Assembly (NCBI GenBank): GCA_951406725.2
Contig: OX597814.1
Location: forward strand, 34,410,001 to 34,474,000
Length of the DNA stretch: 64,000 nucleotides
Source: Octopus vulgaris
Lineage: Eukaryota
Reading direction: 5' to 3'
A model generated the notes under the pieces. It was not told the origin of the DNA. It saw nothing but the letters and a program-made list of their open reading frames with translations, and searched no databases. Positions 1 through 12,994 of the stretch are shown one piece after another (position 1 is the stretch's first letter; each line of letters opens with the position of its first letter). The translations under genes were made by a program, and so were the position numbers.

Positions 1-9
1 TTTTATTTA

Positions 10-10
<1 letters not shown>

Positions 11-40
<30 letters not shown>

Positions 41-78
41 GTCACACACACACACACACACGCACATACACTCACACA
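11..78. repeat. (CA)n microsatellite
   Basis: Imperfect CA tract seen directly. Confidence 0.95.
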
Positions 79-159
79 TATGATGTATGTTAAGTTGTTA
101 AGCCTGATTCTGGAGTAGATCTGACCGGTATTTCCAGCAGATCATACAACTACGCAGAG

Positions 160-352
160 CAGTGGTTCTCAACATTTTTAATATCCGGCTCAGATCCAAA
201 ACAGTAATTTTTAGGGGCCGCACCAAAAAGCGTAAAACACTTTTCAATTTAAGAAAAAAGCATTATATTTATAGAGGGAAGACTGTCAGGGGCTGTCGGA
301 AGAATGCTTGAGGGTAGGATGCGGCCCTGGGAGCCTTGATTCAGGACCGCTG
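160..352. mobile_element. hAT/Charlie-like non-autonomous DNA transposon (MITE), decayed
   Basis: Starts CAGTGGTTCTCAA and ends TTCAGGACCGCTG (10/13 match to the reverse complement). CAGTGGTTCTCAA is a typical Charlie-type TIR. Flanking 8-mers ACGCAGAG/ACATAAAG match at only 5/8. Confidence 0.65.
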
Positions 353-1204
353 ACATAAAGGCTTCCATGTTGATTTATTAGTTCCAGTTTTGTTTTTATA
401 ACAGAAAGCGAGTTGATATAGCTGTAATTTTAACGGATATAAAATGTTTGTCGCTGTTACTGTTGCTCATATGCATTCTCTTAATACTAAGTTTCATCTA
501 TGTTTGTATTACATTAGTTACTGCTTTGTACAATTATTTAGATTAGTATTCAGAATTCGAGGAAAGAGTCGACGTCAGCATTAATGTAAAGGAGTGTTGT
601 GTTGTTTTATGGAATCGTCGAATGGTCTTTATTTAGTTGCGAAGTCAAACCAGAGAACTTGTGTCAATCCATCACTGAAACTTGATCGTAGTCTCTGTTC
701 GACTGCATCTTAAAACCTTTTGTTTAAAGATTTCTGTACAACTCCATTAAAATTTTTCTGTACACCTTCATACATGAGCCTAGATATGTAGAACAAAGGT
801 AGTGTAACAGTTGTTACTTTATCTAACATATTTTATACAATTTTCTGAGTTTATACAATTCTATTTATAGTTTACAGTCTAACCGCTATACATCCCATCC
901 TGAACATCATTGAAATAAATCCATCCCACTTACAACATGCAGATTATTTTCAGTTATTATATCAGCAAACAGAGGTGAATTTAAACGAATGTTTAAACGT
1001 GCTTTTTACTTCAGTCTAATCTTACACATTCATTTCGTTATTGTTAACGTGTTACCACTTTTGTTTATATCCCATGAATAATCTCTTTAGAACTACTTAT
1101 TTGTCTTCCGGCAATGTGTGACACTTTCATGTCATTTCAAACAATGGTTTAAGCACTCTCACACTACCAATACTTTATCTTACAGATTTCAAACATACTT
1201 AAAC

Positions 1205-1205
<1 letters not shown>

Positions 1206-1293
<88 letters not shown>

Positions 1294-1310
1294 CATTGTT
1301 ATTATTATTA
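1206..1310. repeat. (TAT)n microsatellite
   Basis: Seen directly; source of the poly-Ile ORF. Confidence 0.95.
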
Positions 1311-3751
1311 CAAATTAAGGTGCATGGGTTTTTTGTTAACGCTATTATGAGTTTAAAATAGAAATTTGTATCCCGATTTTAAATTCGCGCAATAAAAATG
1401 AAAATGAACAATGCTTTCACGAAACCTTATAAAAAGACATGTGTGTATGTGTGTGTGTGTGTGTGTGTGTAAATATTTATGTGTGTGTAAGTGTGTTTGT
1501 GTGTGTGCGTGTACGTGTGTGTGCTTGTGTATGTGTGTGATTAAATGCATATGTAAGAGTATTTGTGTGCGCGTGTGTGCGAGTCACACAACTACTTTCC
1601 CATGTAACTTTCATAATTTCCAATGTGTCACTAAAAACTAGTTTACGAATTCAATGTCCAAAATACACCATAATAGCGACAGGATATATAAAAATATGCC
1701 AGTTTGGCTGATCGAGGGCTCTTGAACAAAGAAAACAACTACATGCTTCACACGCTGTAAATGATCTCCATATTTGGATTAATACAAATCTATAAGATCT
1801 TAAAGTTTAAAGGTCAAATGTTTGTTGAAAGAACGTAGGAAATTATAAACTCTTGTTGGTTGTCTTTTCTTCTCCACGTTCTTACCATAGAATAATTCGG
1901 CATCCATCATAGTATATATCAAGGATATATTATGTCAACAAACCCTATGACAAAATTATATTCTTTGAAGGTGTTGAGTTCGGTTTTACAAATTCATGAA
2001 CATCTATCAAATTTACAATACTCCATTGATTACAGCGAGATGAACTTAGAGGTTATGCAGTTGCTTTCACAACAGATACCGTTCACTGGTGGTGATAGCA
2101 TAAGAACTGCCAACTCTACTGATGAGAGTCCACCTCTGTGTCGATTTCGTTGTCTGTGTCTTCCCTTGCTTAAATAGTTTCTTCATAATAACAAATGTCG
2201 TTTTCAAATATGTGTTGTTATCTCCATGACAACCTTGATCAAATAGACATATGATCAAAGACAGTCTACCCTGTCTTTTCAGATATAGCTTATATTTCAG
2301 ATTATATTACTCAATACATATTTCCTTTCTTTTTAAAGATTTGTACAAAGATATGGCTACCATATCTAGCATATCGAAAAACCACATAGAGCCTTCCTTC
2401 TCGACTTATGCAAAAAGTTGCTTCGTAAGTTTGGCAATATTGTGGATTAGTGCATTTCTTCAAAGCGATAGAAACGCTGATGATATAAAATATTTAACTT
2501 CGAATAATGATTAATACTTGTTACGTATTCACGAAACCTTAACTGGATTTGAGTACAGAGAAGTAAGACGGAACGACGCAAAGTAATAAGTCTGACGCTC
2601 AGCAAGTTATGCGTTTTCCCGAACTCACTGAAGTTTCAAAAGCATTAAAATACTCTTTTTATTTCTTTAAAGCTTGGAGTGGTTCTTAAAAGCTAAAGGG
2701 GGTTTATAGTTGATAGAAGTGACTTCTATATACAATTTACCAACTCCGAAGAAATAGAACCCTCCCCCAAATAAAATGTTAGTCTCGGTGGGATTTGGAC
2801 ACAGAAGAATCTAGCGGTACGAAATTACACATTGTAGATCTACACTCAACCATATCTGCCATGTTCTACAATTGTATTCTATTTAGAAAGCAGCATGAAT
2901 TATTTTACATTTATCTTATTTATTTATTGATAATAACCCTTATTACGTTTTATTGTAATCGATTTTTTCAGAGTGTATTTTAATTGCTCAAACTGCGGCA
3001 TATTTTGTACTGAACTGTCAAAATTTTATTCTGTACTTTATCAGCATGTCGTCTCTACTAATTTCACAAAAAGCTATAATTTATCAAATAAGATCTATGT
3101 TAATTTTTTTTCATTTTATAATGCAATTATTAGAGACATTTTCTATAGAATTATTGAAGATTTTGGAAACATAATTAAAGAAAACAAACATAGCACTAAA
3201 GATAATCTATTAAATGTGCAATTTTCTTGTTATTTCTAACATGAAAATTGCCGAGGAATATAATAATTATGCTATTCTGGTACCAGAGCAGTTTTAACTT
3301 AGAAACAAAATGACAAATATAAAGCATCATGTCGACTCATTAAAAAATTATATATTCTTACTAGAAATCGAAGCCTTCATTTTTTTACATGCCTGTTTCA
3401 TTGCGATTAATAATTTATAAATTTAAGCTTTACATTCCATTGAGAAGTTATTCTTATGTTGTTTCGTTCTGAGTTAGAAAATTCTATGGAAATCATATTG
3501 ATTTATTCCTTACTAAAAAGACCGAGATGCTATTGTTGTTGCTGTTTACTCCCAAGTGAGTTCTCATCCTGCAGAACTATGATCAAAGGCTTTCAAAGCC
3601 ATAACCATTTCATTTTTTTCTCTCTCTGTTATACACAGTGTATCTAAAACTACATTATCTAATATGTCCATCTCTTTTTCTTAAAGGTAGGATGTGAGTT
3701 GGAGTAGATTTAGCTACGTCGAGCGACCACATAGAAGCTCTCTCGCTACCC

Positions 3752-3855
<104 letters not shown>

Positions 3856-4339
3856 GTTTATTTGATGGACTCCAGAGAGGTGAACGGTCAATTCGATTCG
3901 AACACAAGAAATTTATTTTATAGAGTTTCGAGGTATTTTTCCTACTCGCTGAGTTCAATTCACACAAACTTTGATTCTCAATTTCTCGAAATCTATAAAA
4001 AAAAGTGCCAACACAAGGTATTTGATTGGAAGAACGTCGGACTGAATGCTTTGCGCTATATTTTTCCGGGTCTTTGCATTTTGAGTTTAAATCCAACTGT
4101 AACATACTTGGCTGGTAGATTTACTCTGTTGCTCAATTTAACATCACCTTGCATCACGGGAACCCCTTGCAGAATCCACTCAGCCGACTACTGTTTGGGG
4201 TATTACAATTTCACTTCCACAAGTCTCGGAAATCTCATGAAAGATCATGGGTACTGCTTTCTTCTTGACTAACGAAAATTTATAATACAATAAGGGACAA
4301 CAACATGTGAAGTATTGTTTCGTAATAATAATAATAATA

Positions 4340-4690
4340 ATCATCATCATCATCATCGTTTAACGTCCGTTCTCCATGCTAGCATGGGTTGGACGGTTCG
4401 ACCGGGGATCTGGGAAGCCAGAAGGCTGCACCAGGCTCCAGTCTTATCTGGCAATGTTTCTACAGCTGGATGCCCTTCCTAACGCCAACCACTCCGTGAG
4501 TGTAGTGGGTGCTTTTTACGTGCCACCTGCACAGGTGCCAGGCGAGGCTGGCAACGGCCACGGTCGGATTGGTGTATTTTATGTGCCACCGGCACGGAAG
4601 CCAGTCGAGGCGGCGCTGGCATCGGCCACGAGTCGGATAGTGCTTTTTACGTACCACCAGACCAAGGATCCTGGCTGGTTCAATTCGATA
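4340..4690 (-). mobile_element. SINE/non-autonomous retroposon with RTE-type 3' tail and internal ~65-bp tandem units
   Basis: Minus strand ends CCGTCCAACCCATGCTAGCATGGAGAACGGACGTTAAACG(ATG)n, an RTE-like tail. It carries GGTTGGCGTTAGGAAGGGCATCCAGCTGTAGAAA, resembling a conserved metazoan SINE central domain. There are about 2.3 tandem copies starting GTGCTTTTTACGTGCCACC. Confidence 0.7.
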
Positions 4691-6854
4691 ATAACTGATG
4701 AGAAAATGCTGATTTTAGTTGGTACAAGGCCAATACTACAACTTTATAGGCGAATAGTAAAGTTGACTAGATTGAATAGTAATGGTACATTACTGATTAA
4801 ACAGGCAGAAACAACTGACTGAATGGAATGAAAAGGCATTTAGTTACAGCCTTTTATATTAAATGCCTTGGTTTCGACGTCGCCTTTATACATCTAGGAT
4901 CGATAAAATAAGTAACAGTGATATACTGAGTTCAATTTAACCGGCTACATTCATCTCTCTCATACAAATTTGAGACCTTGTGACAATGTAAAAATTATTA
5001 TTTACCTAAATATTTTAATGTTATTTACAATAATTAGTAAAACTGTCCTGAGAGAACCGTGAATACTATTGTATACCTTTTTCCTCTGCCGCTAAAATTC
5101 GAAGATATTTTAAAACTAATAACAATTATTCCCCCACCCCACCAAATAAAACAAACATTATTTAATAATTTGTTTTATCAAGTTTGTCTCTTTCTAAATA
5201 TTTGCAAGTTCAAATAACAAAATCACAACTTAGTCCACTTGACAGGAATTTTTAGATCGCAATGATGCAAGAAGTATTACATTTCAATTAAAGAATGTAT
5301 GTATGTATGTATGTATGTATGTATATATATATATATATATATATATGTCTGAACAAACATGTATTCATGTATATATGCATATATGTATATACTGCATTGA
5401 AAATAATATTCGAATGATGCCAACAACCAGCGTGACTCACTAAAAATTTTATTACTAAAAAAGAATAGGAAGGAAAAATAGGAAGAAAAATATTTCAAAT
5501 GCATTTTGGTCAACGTCATCCATATTTATTTTTCCAGGATCGATAAAATATGCTCCAGAATTAATTTGATTTGATATAGTGGATTATAAACATCTTTCTT
5601 TATTCATAGTCAAAAAGAATCAATACATTGCTACCATATGAAATGATACTTCTGATCTGGTTTGTCCAGAAAATCAAATTCATTAATCTTTCTGGAACAA
5701 ACTCTTAAAATTCTGCGATGTATTAATTCTAAGTGTGGCTGTAAGTCACTCGTTCAGATACTATAGGTATTGCCCTGAGTATCAATAGAGAACTATAAAC
5801 AGCAGTAAGTTCTCCGTCAAATATTTACGACCTATATCATAGGTACAAGGTGTTTTGGAAAAGAAAGAATCACAAAGCATTGTCTAAAATATGAGCAACC
5901 TTTGTCGGAATGATTATGTCAAACCTGATTAGCATTTGATATATTTTCTCGATGGATGTTTTTCCTTCGTCAGTTTTTTTTCTCCTTCATACACATATTT
6001 TTGAATTGAAATGAAACCGCCCGTACTAAATATAGCCTGCTTGTTTACCAAATGACAAATACGGATACGAATTTGCTGTGTGTTGTAGTATTCCATAAAA
6101 TAACACATCCGATGTTAAACACGGGATTCCTGATGACCTCTCTGCTATCGCGAATCATAGTCGATCACAGTTACAGGAGTGGTAGTAAACCACTTAACTT
6201 CTCCCTAGTTCATGCACAATGGGTATTCTTCATGGAGTGTTTATTTGTGACACTTAAGATTAAGCTACTTGAACATATTGTTTCCCTTTCCAAAAGCTTA
6301 GTAGGGTATAAGAAATGTCCAGGCAATTAATAGTCATTCCTATCGTTCCATTTATTTTGAACCCCTTTTCATCATATATACTTATTACTTGATGATATTT
6401 CCTCCAGGCTAAAAATATGGTGAGCTTCGCTCATTGAAACTGAGTGCAATAACTGAATCTCAGCTGAAGAAACTTGAATCTATTTCACTTCAGAAATGCT
6501 AGAGTTCGAAAAGTTTCAATATCACTATATTGCACTTTCCTTTCCCGTAAATATAGGCTTCAATGTTGCTATGTAAGCATATCAATATCTTAGGTTGACG
6601 CCAGAAATTGGAAAAGCAGCAGATTTTAGTGAAGAAAGATGATGTTCATGATAAGTTGCTGGACCTCCAAACTTGGAGGGAGGAAGAAGAAAGACGTGTC
6701 CTCAAAGCGAAAACATGCACCGAATACTTGCAAAAAAGTGGACTCTGTGAAAGGTATCCAAGGAGCCAGGTGGTGGTATTAAACCGGGAAACTGGTTAAG
6801 TGCACCAGCCAAGTAAGCCATGGCGCAATGTTATTACATTTCTACCAATCCACT

Positions 6855-6960
6855 GTCCTGGACTGGTACTTTTTTATCGACATCGAAAGGATGAAAAGCA
6901 AAGTTGATTTCGGTTATATTAGAACTCAGAGCTTCGTGAGTCGGAAAAAATACCATGAAG
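6855..6960 (-). mobile_element. Decayed SINE, family C (same family as 44421-44640)
   Basis: CTGGTACTTTTTTATCGACATCGAAAGGATGAAAAGCAAAGTTGATTTCGG..AGAACTCAGA is the reverse complement of the family C core. Confidence 0.65.
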
Positions 6961-7239
6961 CATGCTATAATGTCTGTAAATACATTACATAATTCAGTTT
7001 CATGTTTTTGGTGTACCTCTTTTTATCCTCACCCTCAGATCTAAGAATACAAACAATACACTATGTTTTGCCAAAACTGCTATACTCTTCTCTTGTATAT
7101 ATGTAAAAAAATTAATCAAGAGTTTCTTTAAGTTTTTAAGTTAGCTGTCTCAAAATTGTTCGCTTACCAAACAAATTGGTTTAAAAATAATAACAGTTTG
7201 ATATTTTAAAAATATTACTGCTGGAGAATGAGATTTATT

Positions 7240-8614
7240 GGACAATATAAAGACCTTCACCCAGTAACAAAAAAAAACTAGCCTGGGGGGTGTTAACAAG
7301 TGTGTGGAAAACGAATATGAATAAAAAAAGCGCGCTGACGATCCTGGGGTGGTGAGGAGGGAACTTTCAGAAAATTCACAAGATCCGATTTTTCCGACAT
7401 AACTTCCGGTGAAATCGATATATATTGAATTTTTTTTACGGAATCCCACGTTTTTAGTTATGGAGGATCCGATTCCGAAAATTTTTTATTCCAAAAATCG
7501 TGTTTTTAAAATTTCAATTAAAAAAATTTTTTTTCGAATTTTTTTCCCCCATCAATCTACGTAGGAAAATACGGAGATTAAGAATATGGAAAAAATAAAC
7601 ACAAATTTAAATTTTAATTTCAAATTTTTTATGAAAAATTCCGACCCAAAATCCCCCAGCCACCCCGCTGACTACATGTGAAAAATGAACGGTTGTTTTG
7701 TTTGTTTCTGTATGCGTAAAAGGATCACAGCAGCACCCGTTCTCTAAAATGAAAAAAAAAAACAAAACAAAAAAAGAACAGTCTAATAGGTGTAAAAAAA
7801 ATGTGTGGAAAACGAATATCAAAACTAAAAGGGCCATATTTCGGATTGAGTATACTAATCAAAACAAAATATTCGTTAGTTTCCGTGAGCACTGCGTAAA
7901 TTACCGAGAAGTAAATCGTGATCAACGTCGAAAAAGCCGTCTCAGTTAATTGAAATTTTGAAAACGTGATTTTTTGAAAAATTGTTTTCGGAATCGGATC
8001 CTCCATAACCAAAAACGTGAAATTCCGTAAAAGAAAATCAATATTGACGCAGGAGTGGCTGTGTGGTAAGTAGCTTGCTTACCAACCACATGGTTCTGAG
8101 TTCAGTCCCACTGCGTGGCACATTGGGAAAGTGTCTTCTACTATAGCTTCGGGCCTTGTGAGTGGATTTGGTAGACGGAAACTGAAAGAAGCCCGTCGTA
8201 TATATATATATGCGTGTATATGGTTGTGTGTCTGTTTGTACTACCAACATCGCTTGACAACCGATGCTGGTGTGTTTATGTCCCCGTCACTTAGCGGTTC
8301 GGCAAGAGAGATCGATTGAATAACTACTAGGCTTACAAAGAATAAGTCCTTCGACTAAAGGCGGAGCTCCAGCATGGCCGCAGTCAAATGACTGAAACAA
8401 ATATAAGAATAAAAGAAATAAAAGAATATATCCATTTTACCGGAAGTTATTACGGAAAAATTGGATCGTGTGAATTTTCCAAAAGTCCCCTCCCCACCAC
8501 CCCAGGGTCGTCAGCGCACATTTTTTTTCATATTCGTTTTCCACATTCTTCTTAACACCCCACAGGCTGGTTTAACTTTTTTTTGGTTCCCGGGTGAAGG
8601 TCTTTATACTGACT
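7240..8614. mobile_element. Long-TIR MITE (Merlin- or MULE-like) with 8-bp TSD, interrupted by a SINE
   Basis: Left arm 7240-~7520 matches the reverse complement of 7945-8045 plus 8425-8614. Perfect direct repeat GATTTATT at 7232-7239 and 8615-8622. The left terminus begins with GG. Confidence 0.8.
8046..8427 (+). mobile_element. tRNA-derived SINE, family A
   Basis: A box TGGCTGTGTGG, B box GTTCAGTCC, internal (TA)n and an A-rich tail. Matches copies at 19444, 31235/32390 and 57407. Confidence 0.9.
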
Positions 8615-8734
8615 GATTTATTTTGATTTACCAGCTTCCTATTATTTGTACGTTTTAAAATACGTTTTAGATTTTAAAGTTCCTTGCTTAATCCTTTAGA
8701 ATCTTCAATCACAGCGAATAAATCAGAGAGGAAA

Positions 8735-8955
8735 CCTCTACACAGTTGCTCGACTTGCAAGAAATAGCAACCGAATATTCATCAAATGACATGATTCCTC
8801 CTCCCCTCAAGAAAACAAAAGAAAATGACGGACACATTAGTATATAATGTAGTCCCAGATTAAACTGTGAAAAATATACGAAGTAGTTACAGTTGGAACA
8901 TTTTTATTCATGTGTCTGTTTGATCAAGACTAAACGCAGCAACACAGCAACAAAA
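8735..8955 (+). mobile_element. Decayed SINE 3' portion (similar pieces at 16850-17140 and 20700-20880; minus-strand scraps near 2215 and 28780)
   Basis: Shared motif TTGC..GAAATAGCAxCCxAAT..TCAAAT, then a GATCAAGACT-like motif and a CAACA tail. Confidence 0.55.
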
Positions 8956-9794
8956 AGCAATGATCTGAAATGTTGCAAGCAAATTTCCACATACAGCTGA
9001 TGGGATTAATATCATATAAACACGTACACACTCTTTCTCTCTCTGTCTCTCACTCTCTCACGTGCACGCACGCACGCACTCTCACACACAAACACATACA
9101 AAACAAAAAAGAAAACAACGTTGCTCTCGATTCCACTTTAATTTAATAATATATTCCTACAATGTTGAAATGTCCTTTTACGAAAATTTGGAATTTGATG
9201 TCTCTATGATATCAAACTTAAAAATCACATATTTTTATCCATTTATTTTTAACTAATTAACTTATTCTAATTCAATATATCATTTTTTCTCTCTCTTCTT
9301 TTCCTCTTGTTCTATCCTTAGTATCGGCGACTACAGTACATAAAAGTCGATAGCATATGTTAAGCAATATGTACCTAATATGAACATTAAAGATATTTAA
9401 AAATGCCTCCACGGAATGCTCTGTTGATACATTAATTAAGTTTTGCTTAATTAATTTTGTTCCTTCCAACTATTATTAAAGTTTTCTTTCTGACAAATCC
9501 TGTTTACATATACACAAAATTACAAACATAAATAGATATAGATACATACATATGTAATTGCATTCATAAAGAAAAGAAAAACAACAAAAAACAAAAATAA
9601 ACAAGCCAAAAACGCCAAAAATATATACAAACATACAGACATATACTTATACTGTAAAGAGGTAGAATATGTATCCACATACAGTAGATGTTATAGAATA
9701 AACATAGATAAGACTATGTATGGAATTGTGACGCACACGGATGAACTAAGCGACATTGTGAACTATTTTTAACTATTGGTATACACGTATGTGA

Positions 9795-9796
<2 letters not shown>

Positions 9797-9857
<61 letters not shown>
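9797..9857. repeat. (TA)n microsatellite
   Basis: Seen directly; abuts a hammerhead-bearing fragment. Confidence 0.95.
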
Positions 9858-9858
<1 letters not shown>

Positions 9859-10035
9859 TTAATAAAAGGGTTCAGCAAATAATTGCTTCACCACATACCG
9901 AAGTTTAGAAATAGCAGCCAAAAATTTTAGCTATTTCTTGTACTTTAAAAAGGGACTCCTAGAGAAACCAAAATACTTGAAGACAATTCACACAGCAGAG
10001 AGTAAAGCAGCGAAAATCAATCAATATCTGGTCAT

Positions 10036-10117
10036 CCATGGACGCGCGTTTCTGAATTAGGTTTTGCATAAAGAATATTAAATTATACTTTACTAACCAT
10101 TTTCTTCGTCAGCATGG
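10036..10117 (-). ncRNA. Type I hammerhead ribozyme motif in a Penelope-like pLTR fragment
   Basis: Minus strand reads CCATG-CTGACGA-[~60 nt stem II region]-GAAAC-GCGC-GTC-CATGG. Core intact, stem I CCATG/CATGG, palindromic stem III ACGCGCGT, GUC cleavage triplet. Confidence 0.7.
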
Positions 10118-10311
10118 CAATTCCACAATAATTCGAGGGTACTAGAATAGTTGAATATATCTCTCCACCTAACGGTATTGGACAGATCATATTCAGTGTT
10201 AGTACCGCCGAATTCAAAATATGAATGAGGTTCGCTTAGCTTCCCCCGCCCGTCCGCGTGTGTCTTCAAGTAAACTACTACAGAAAAAAATCTGCAGTTT
10301 GTTCTCGGGGA

Positions 10312-10344
<33 letters not shown>

Positions 10345-10452
10345 GTATGTATAGTAAATCCCCCCCCCCAAAAAAAAAGAACACGAAAAAACAACACGAG
10401 GACGTGGTACATGTAAAGTATTAGCAGACGCTCAGGAAAGGAAAGAAATATG

Positions 10453-10487
10453 GTTTAACGTTTCGAGCAACGCTTTTCGTTAGAAAC
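10453..10487 (-). ncRNA. Degenerate minimal hammerhead motif (Penelope-like pLTR fragment ~10385-10560)
   Basis: Minus strand reads GTTT-CTAACGA-AAAGCGTTGCTC-GAAAC-GTT-AAAC. Core position G5 is mutated to A. Confidence 0.5.
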
Positions 10488-10675
10488 AGAGGAAAGTCCA
10501 ATAGAAAGGAAGACGGAGGAAGAAAATCGCCAACGATTCACATGTGGTTACATTTTTAAAATGTATATATATATACATCTTTTACTTGTTTGTGTCATTA
10601 AATTGCGACCATGCTGGGGTACCACCTTGAGGATTTATTATTCCAATGAATCAACTCCAGTACTTATTATTTCAA

Positions 10676-10735
<60 letters not shown>

Positions 10736-10809
10736 CACACAACATGTACCCCCCCACACACGTACACACATATATACGACTGGCTTTACTCAAGACTATT
10801 AAAAGACAT

Positions 10810-11340
10810 TAGTGGTATATCCTTGGGTATTTTGTTGGACTCACTTCTGTATATTATTTACATAGATGACATTGCAAATGCCACCAAACAGATCCAAATA
10901 ATAAAAACTTTGCAGATGACTCTAAGCTCTAGAAAGTCATCATGAGCATATATGACCGGACTCTCATCTGATCTCTGCGTTGTGATTGAATGGGCGAGGA
11001 GAAAAACATGCTGTTAAACGAGGGAAATGTCCTTATGAAGGCTAAGAACTTTCCAATCCAAAGATACTGATATCGTTACCCTGTTCTTTTCTACTTTGGC
11101 TAGGTCTCAACTTGAATACTGATGGCCACTGAGGTCTCCAATACAAACCAGAGCAGTCTGAGAATAGAAGCACCTCAGACGTCAATCGCAAAAAATATAT
11201 AAATAAAAGCAGTATCACAGATATTGGTTATTGGAATCGCCTCATAAAGCTCAAAGTCTACTTTTGCCAACGCTGCCGCAATACTACAAAATATTGCCTC
11301 AACATTCTTAAAACGATGTCGGCACAAAGTTCACAAGTCG
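10810..11340 (+). mobile_element. CR1/L2-group LINE RT C-terminal relic
   Basis: ISGISLGILLDSLLYIIYIDDI...(frameshift)FADDSKL; similar to 63157-64000. Confidence 0.75.
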
Positions 11341-11735
11341 GCTAAGATTAGGCCACCGTGTTGTAGGCCTCCTAAAAGAACTGAGCTCATATCACGTAAG
11401 AAAATTGCGACGCAAGTTGTTTTTACGAAATGAAGTAAATAAGAACAAGACCCCCATGACATTCAAACAGTACCCGCAAGAATTTCCTTCGAGAAATAGC
11501 AGATAAACCATCGTCACCCAAATGTGTCCGGATGAAAAAAATCTCCTTACTTGAATAGGCTATGGTGTCCTCAAATAAGCTGTGAAGGACAGTTTTAAGC
11601 CGATGCAATTTTCAATGATCTGAAGGCGGCAGTGGCCTGAAACTCGAACCGCAAAACAATTTGTAACCGGAATAAATGTGTATGTATGTATGTATGTATG
11701 TATGTATGTATGTATGTATGTATGTATGTATGTAT

Positions 11736-12195
11736 GCTTGGTGAGGAGGGCGTTTATTGGACACCCTGCGGGATGAAAAACAAAATCCGTCAAAGGGCGG
11801 AGGAACTCTTGAGAGTCAACGGCCATTCAATAAATGTCTTAAGGATGTATCATGCGCGGGGACATAGAAATAATCGGACTGAATACCTGACCGCGCGGTT
11901 GAACCATTGGGAGTGAAGGACTCCTAGCCTTTGTTAGGGCCTACCTCTAGGAGAAGGTAACTCAGGTAACTGGGATAACTCCGACATAAAACCTCTGGCC
12001 TAGTGGTTACCGATGATGTTGACTTGTTCTTCTTTTCGGATTATGACTGCTGTTGCTTAGTGAGTGGGATTGACTCAGTGCACAGCCTTTCCTCACTTAA
12101 AAAAAAATCTTCTTGCACAGGCATTGCACGATAACAACATTGATTAAGCTTCGTGCAATGGCCATACTCGATAACGAGGGGGCAGCCACCACCAT
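11736..12195 (+). mobile_element. Non-autonomous insert resembling an RTE-type 5' region, within (TATG)n
   Basis: GC-richer block flanked on both sides by (TATG)n. Contains CTAGGAGAAGGTAACTC..ATAAAACCTC, which resembles RTE-clade 5' UTR motifs (recalled, not searched). Confidence 0.45.
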
Positions 12196-12405
12196 GTATG
12201 TATGTATGTATGTATGTATGTATGTATGTATGTATGTATGTATGTATGTATGTATGTATGTATGTATGTATGTATGTATGTGTGTATGCATGTATGCATG
12301 CATGCATGTATGTATGTATGTATGTATGTATGTATGTATGTATGTATGTATGTTTGTATGTATGTATGTATGTATGTATGTATGTATGACTGTATGTATG
12401 TATGT
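12195..12405. repeat. (TATG)n tetranucleotide microsatellite
   Basis: Seen directly. Confidence 0.95.
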
Positions 12406-12509
12406 CATTATTCAGTTTATTTCAAGAATTCTTACCAATAGAGAAAGAACCAGTCTCTAACCTTGATCCAAGGTTCCTTACTTGGAAATTTAACATCAAT
12501 AACAGGATA

Positions 12510-12740
12510 TGTATGTATGTATGTGCAGATTTGTATGTTTTATTTGTATTCTCATGCATAGAGTTACATATTTAGACATGCTCATATCTATTTAAATGAT
12601 AAACTTCTGGAAAGTTCCAATGATGGATTAGATCTGTAGCCTTCGAATTAGCTTTCTCCTTCCTGGTTTTGAGAAGCCTAATTTCTCAAAATTGGTATTT
12701 AGTTAGTGTGTTACATATCCCAGGGCCCCTATAATTACAA
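12510..12740 (-). mobile_element. 3' end of REL-endonuclease LINE, same family as 17718-18260
   Basis: Reverse complement matches 18055-18250 (CCCTGGGATAT..GAGAAATTAGGCTTCTCAAAACCAG..AAGTTTATCATTTA). The 3' end runs into (ACAT)n on its sense strand. Confidence 0.8.
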
Positions 12741-12824
12741 ATATATAGTGTTATATTTAAGAGATGAGGAATTATGTATATTTTTTATATTTGACTGATA
12801 TTTGTCCTCATCTTGTTTGTTGTT

Positions 12825-12870
12825 AACACAACGTTTCGGCTGATATACCCTCCAAACTTCATCAGGTGTC
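12825..12870 (-). ncRNA. Minimal type I hammerhead ribozyme motif
   Basis: Minus strand reads ACAC-CTGATGA-AGTTTGGAGGGTATATCAGCC-GAAAC-GTT-GTGT. Core intact, stem I ACAC/GTGT, palindromic AACGTT stem III, stem II partly mismatched. Confidence 0.7.
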
Positions 12871-12924
12871 TTGGGGAAATTTCGAACCTGTGTTATTTTC
12901 GATGTTATTATTATTTCTATTCAG

Positions 12925-12994
12925 GTGACTGCCTGGAATCGAATTCGGAATCTTGGGGTTAGTAGCCCGCGCTCTTAACCCCTACGCCATATGC
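12925..12994 (-). promoter_or_regulatory. tRNA-like Pol III A/B-box segment (not a functional tRNA)
   Basis: GCATATGGCGTAGGGGTTAAGAGCGCGGGCTACTAACCCCAAGATTCCGAATTCGATTCCAGGCAGTCAC: A box TGGCGTAGGGG, anticodon-like arm, B-box-like ATTCGATTCC. The acceptor stem does not pair. Confidence 0.7.

Noticed and set aside
4500-4665. CRISPR-like repeat-spacer appearance (also 29952-30187)
   Set aside because: The units are whole diverged tandem or subterminal repeats without unique spacers; eukaryotic context with no cas genes.
5590-6520. Possible piggyBac-like transposase relic on the minus strand (GFKINGTI-like stretch)
   Set aside because: No convincing DDD/GGVD motifs or TTAA-bounded TIRs by eye; a tblastn/HMM search is needed.
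11615-11655. Hammerhead-like CTGAAGGC..GCCTGAAACTCG
   Set aside because: The core and stem I are too degraded to call.
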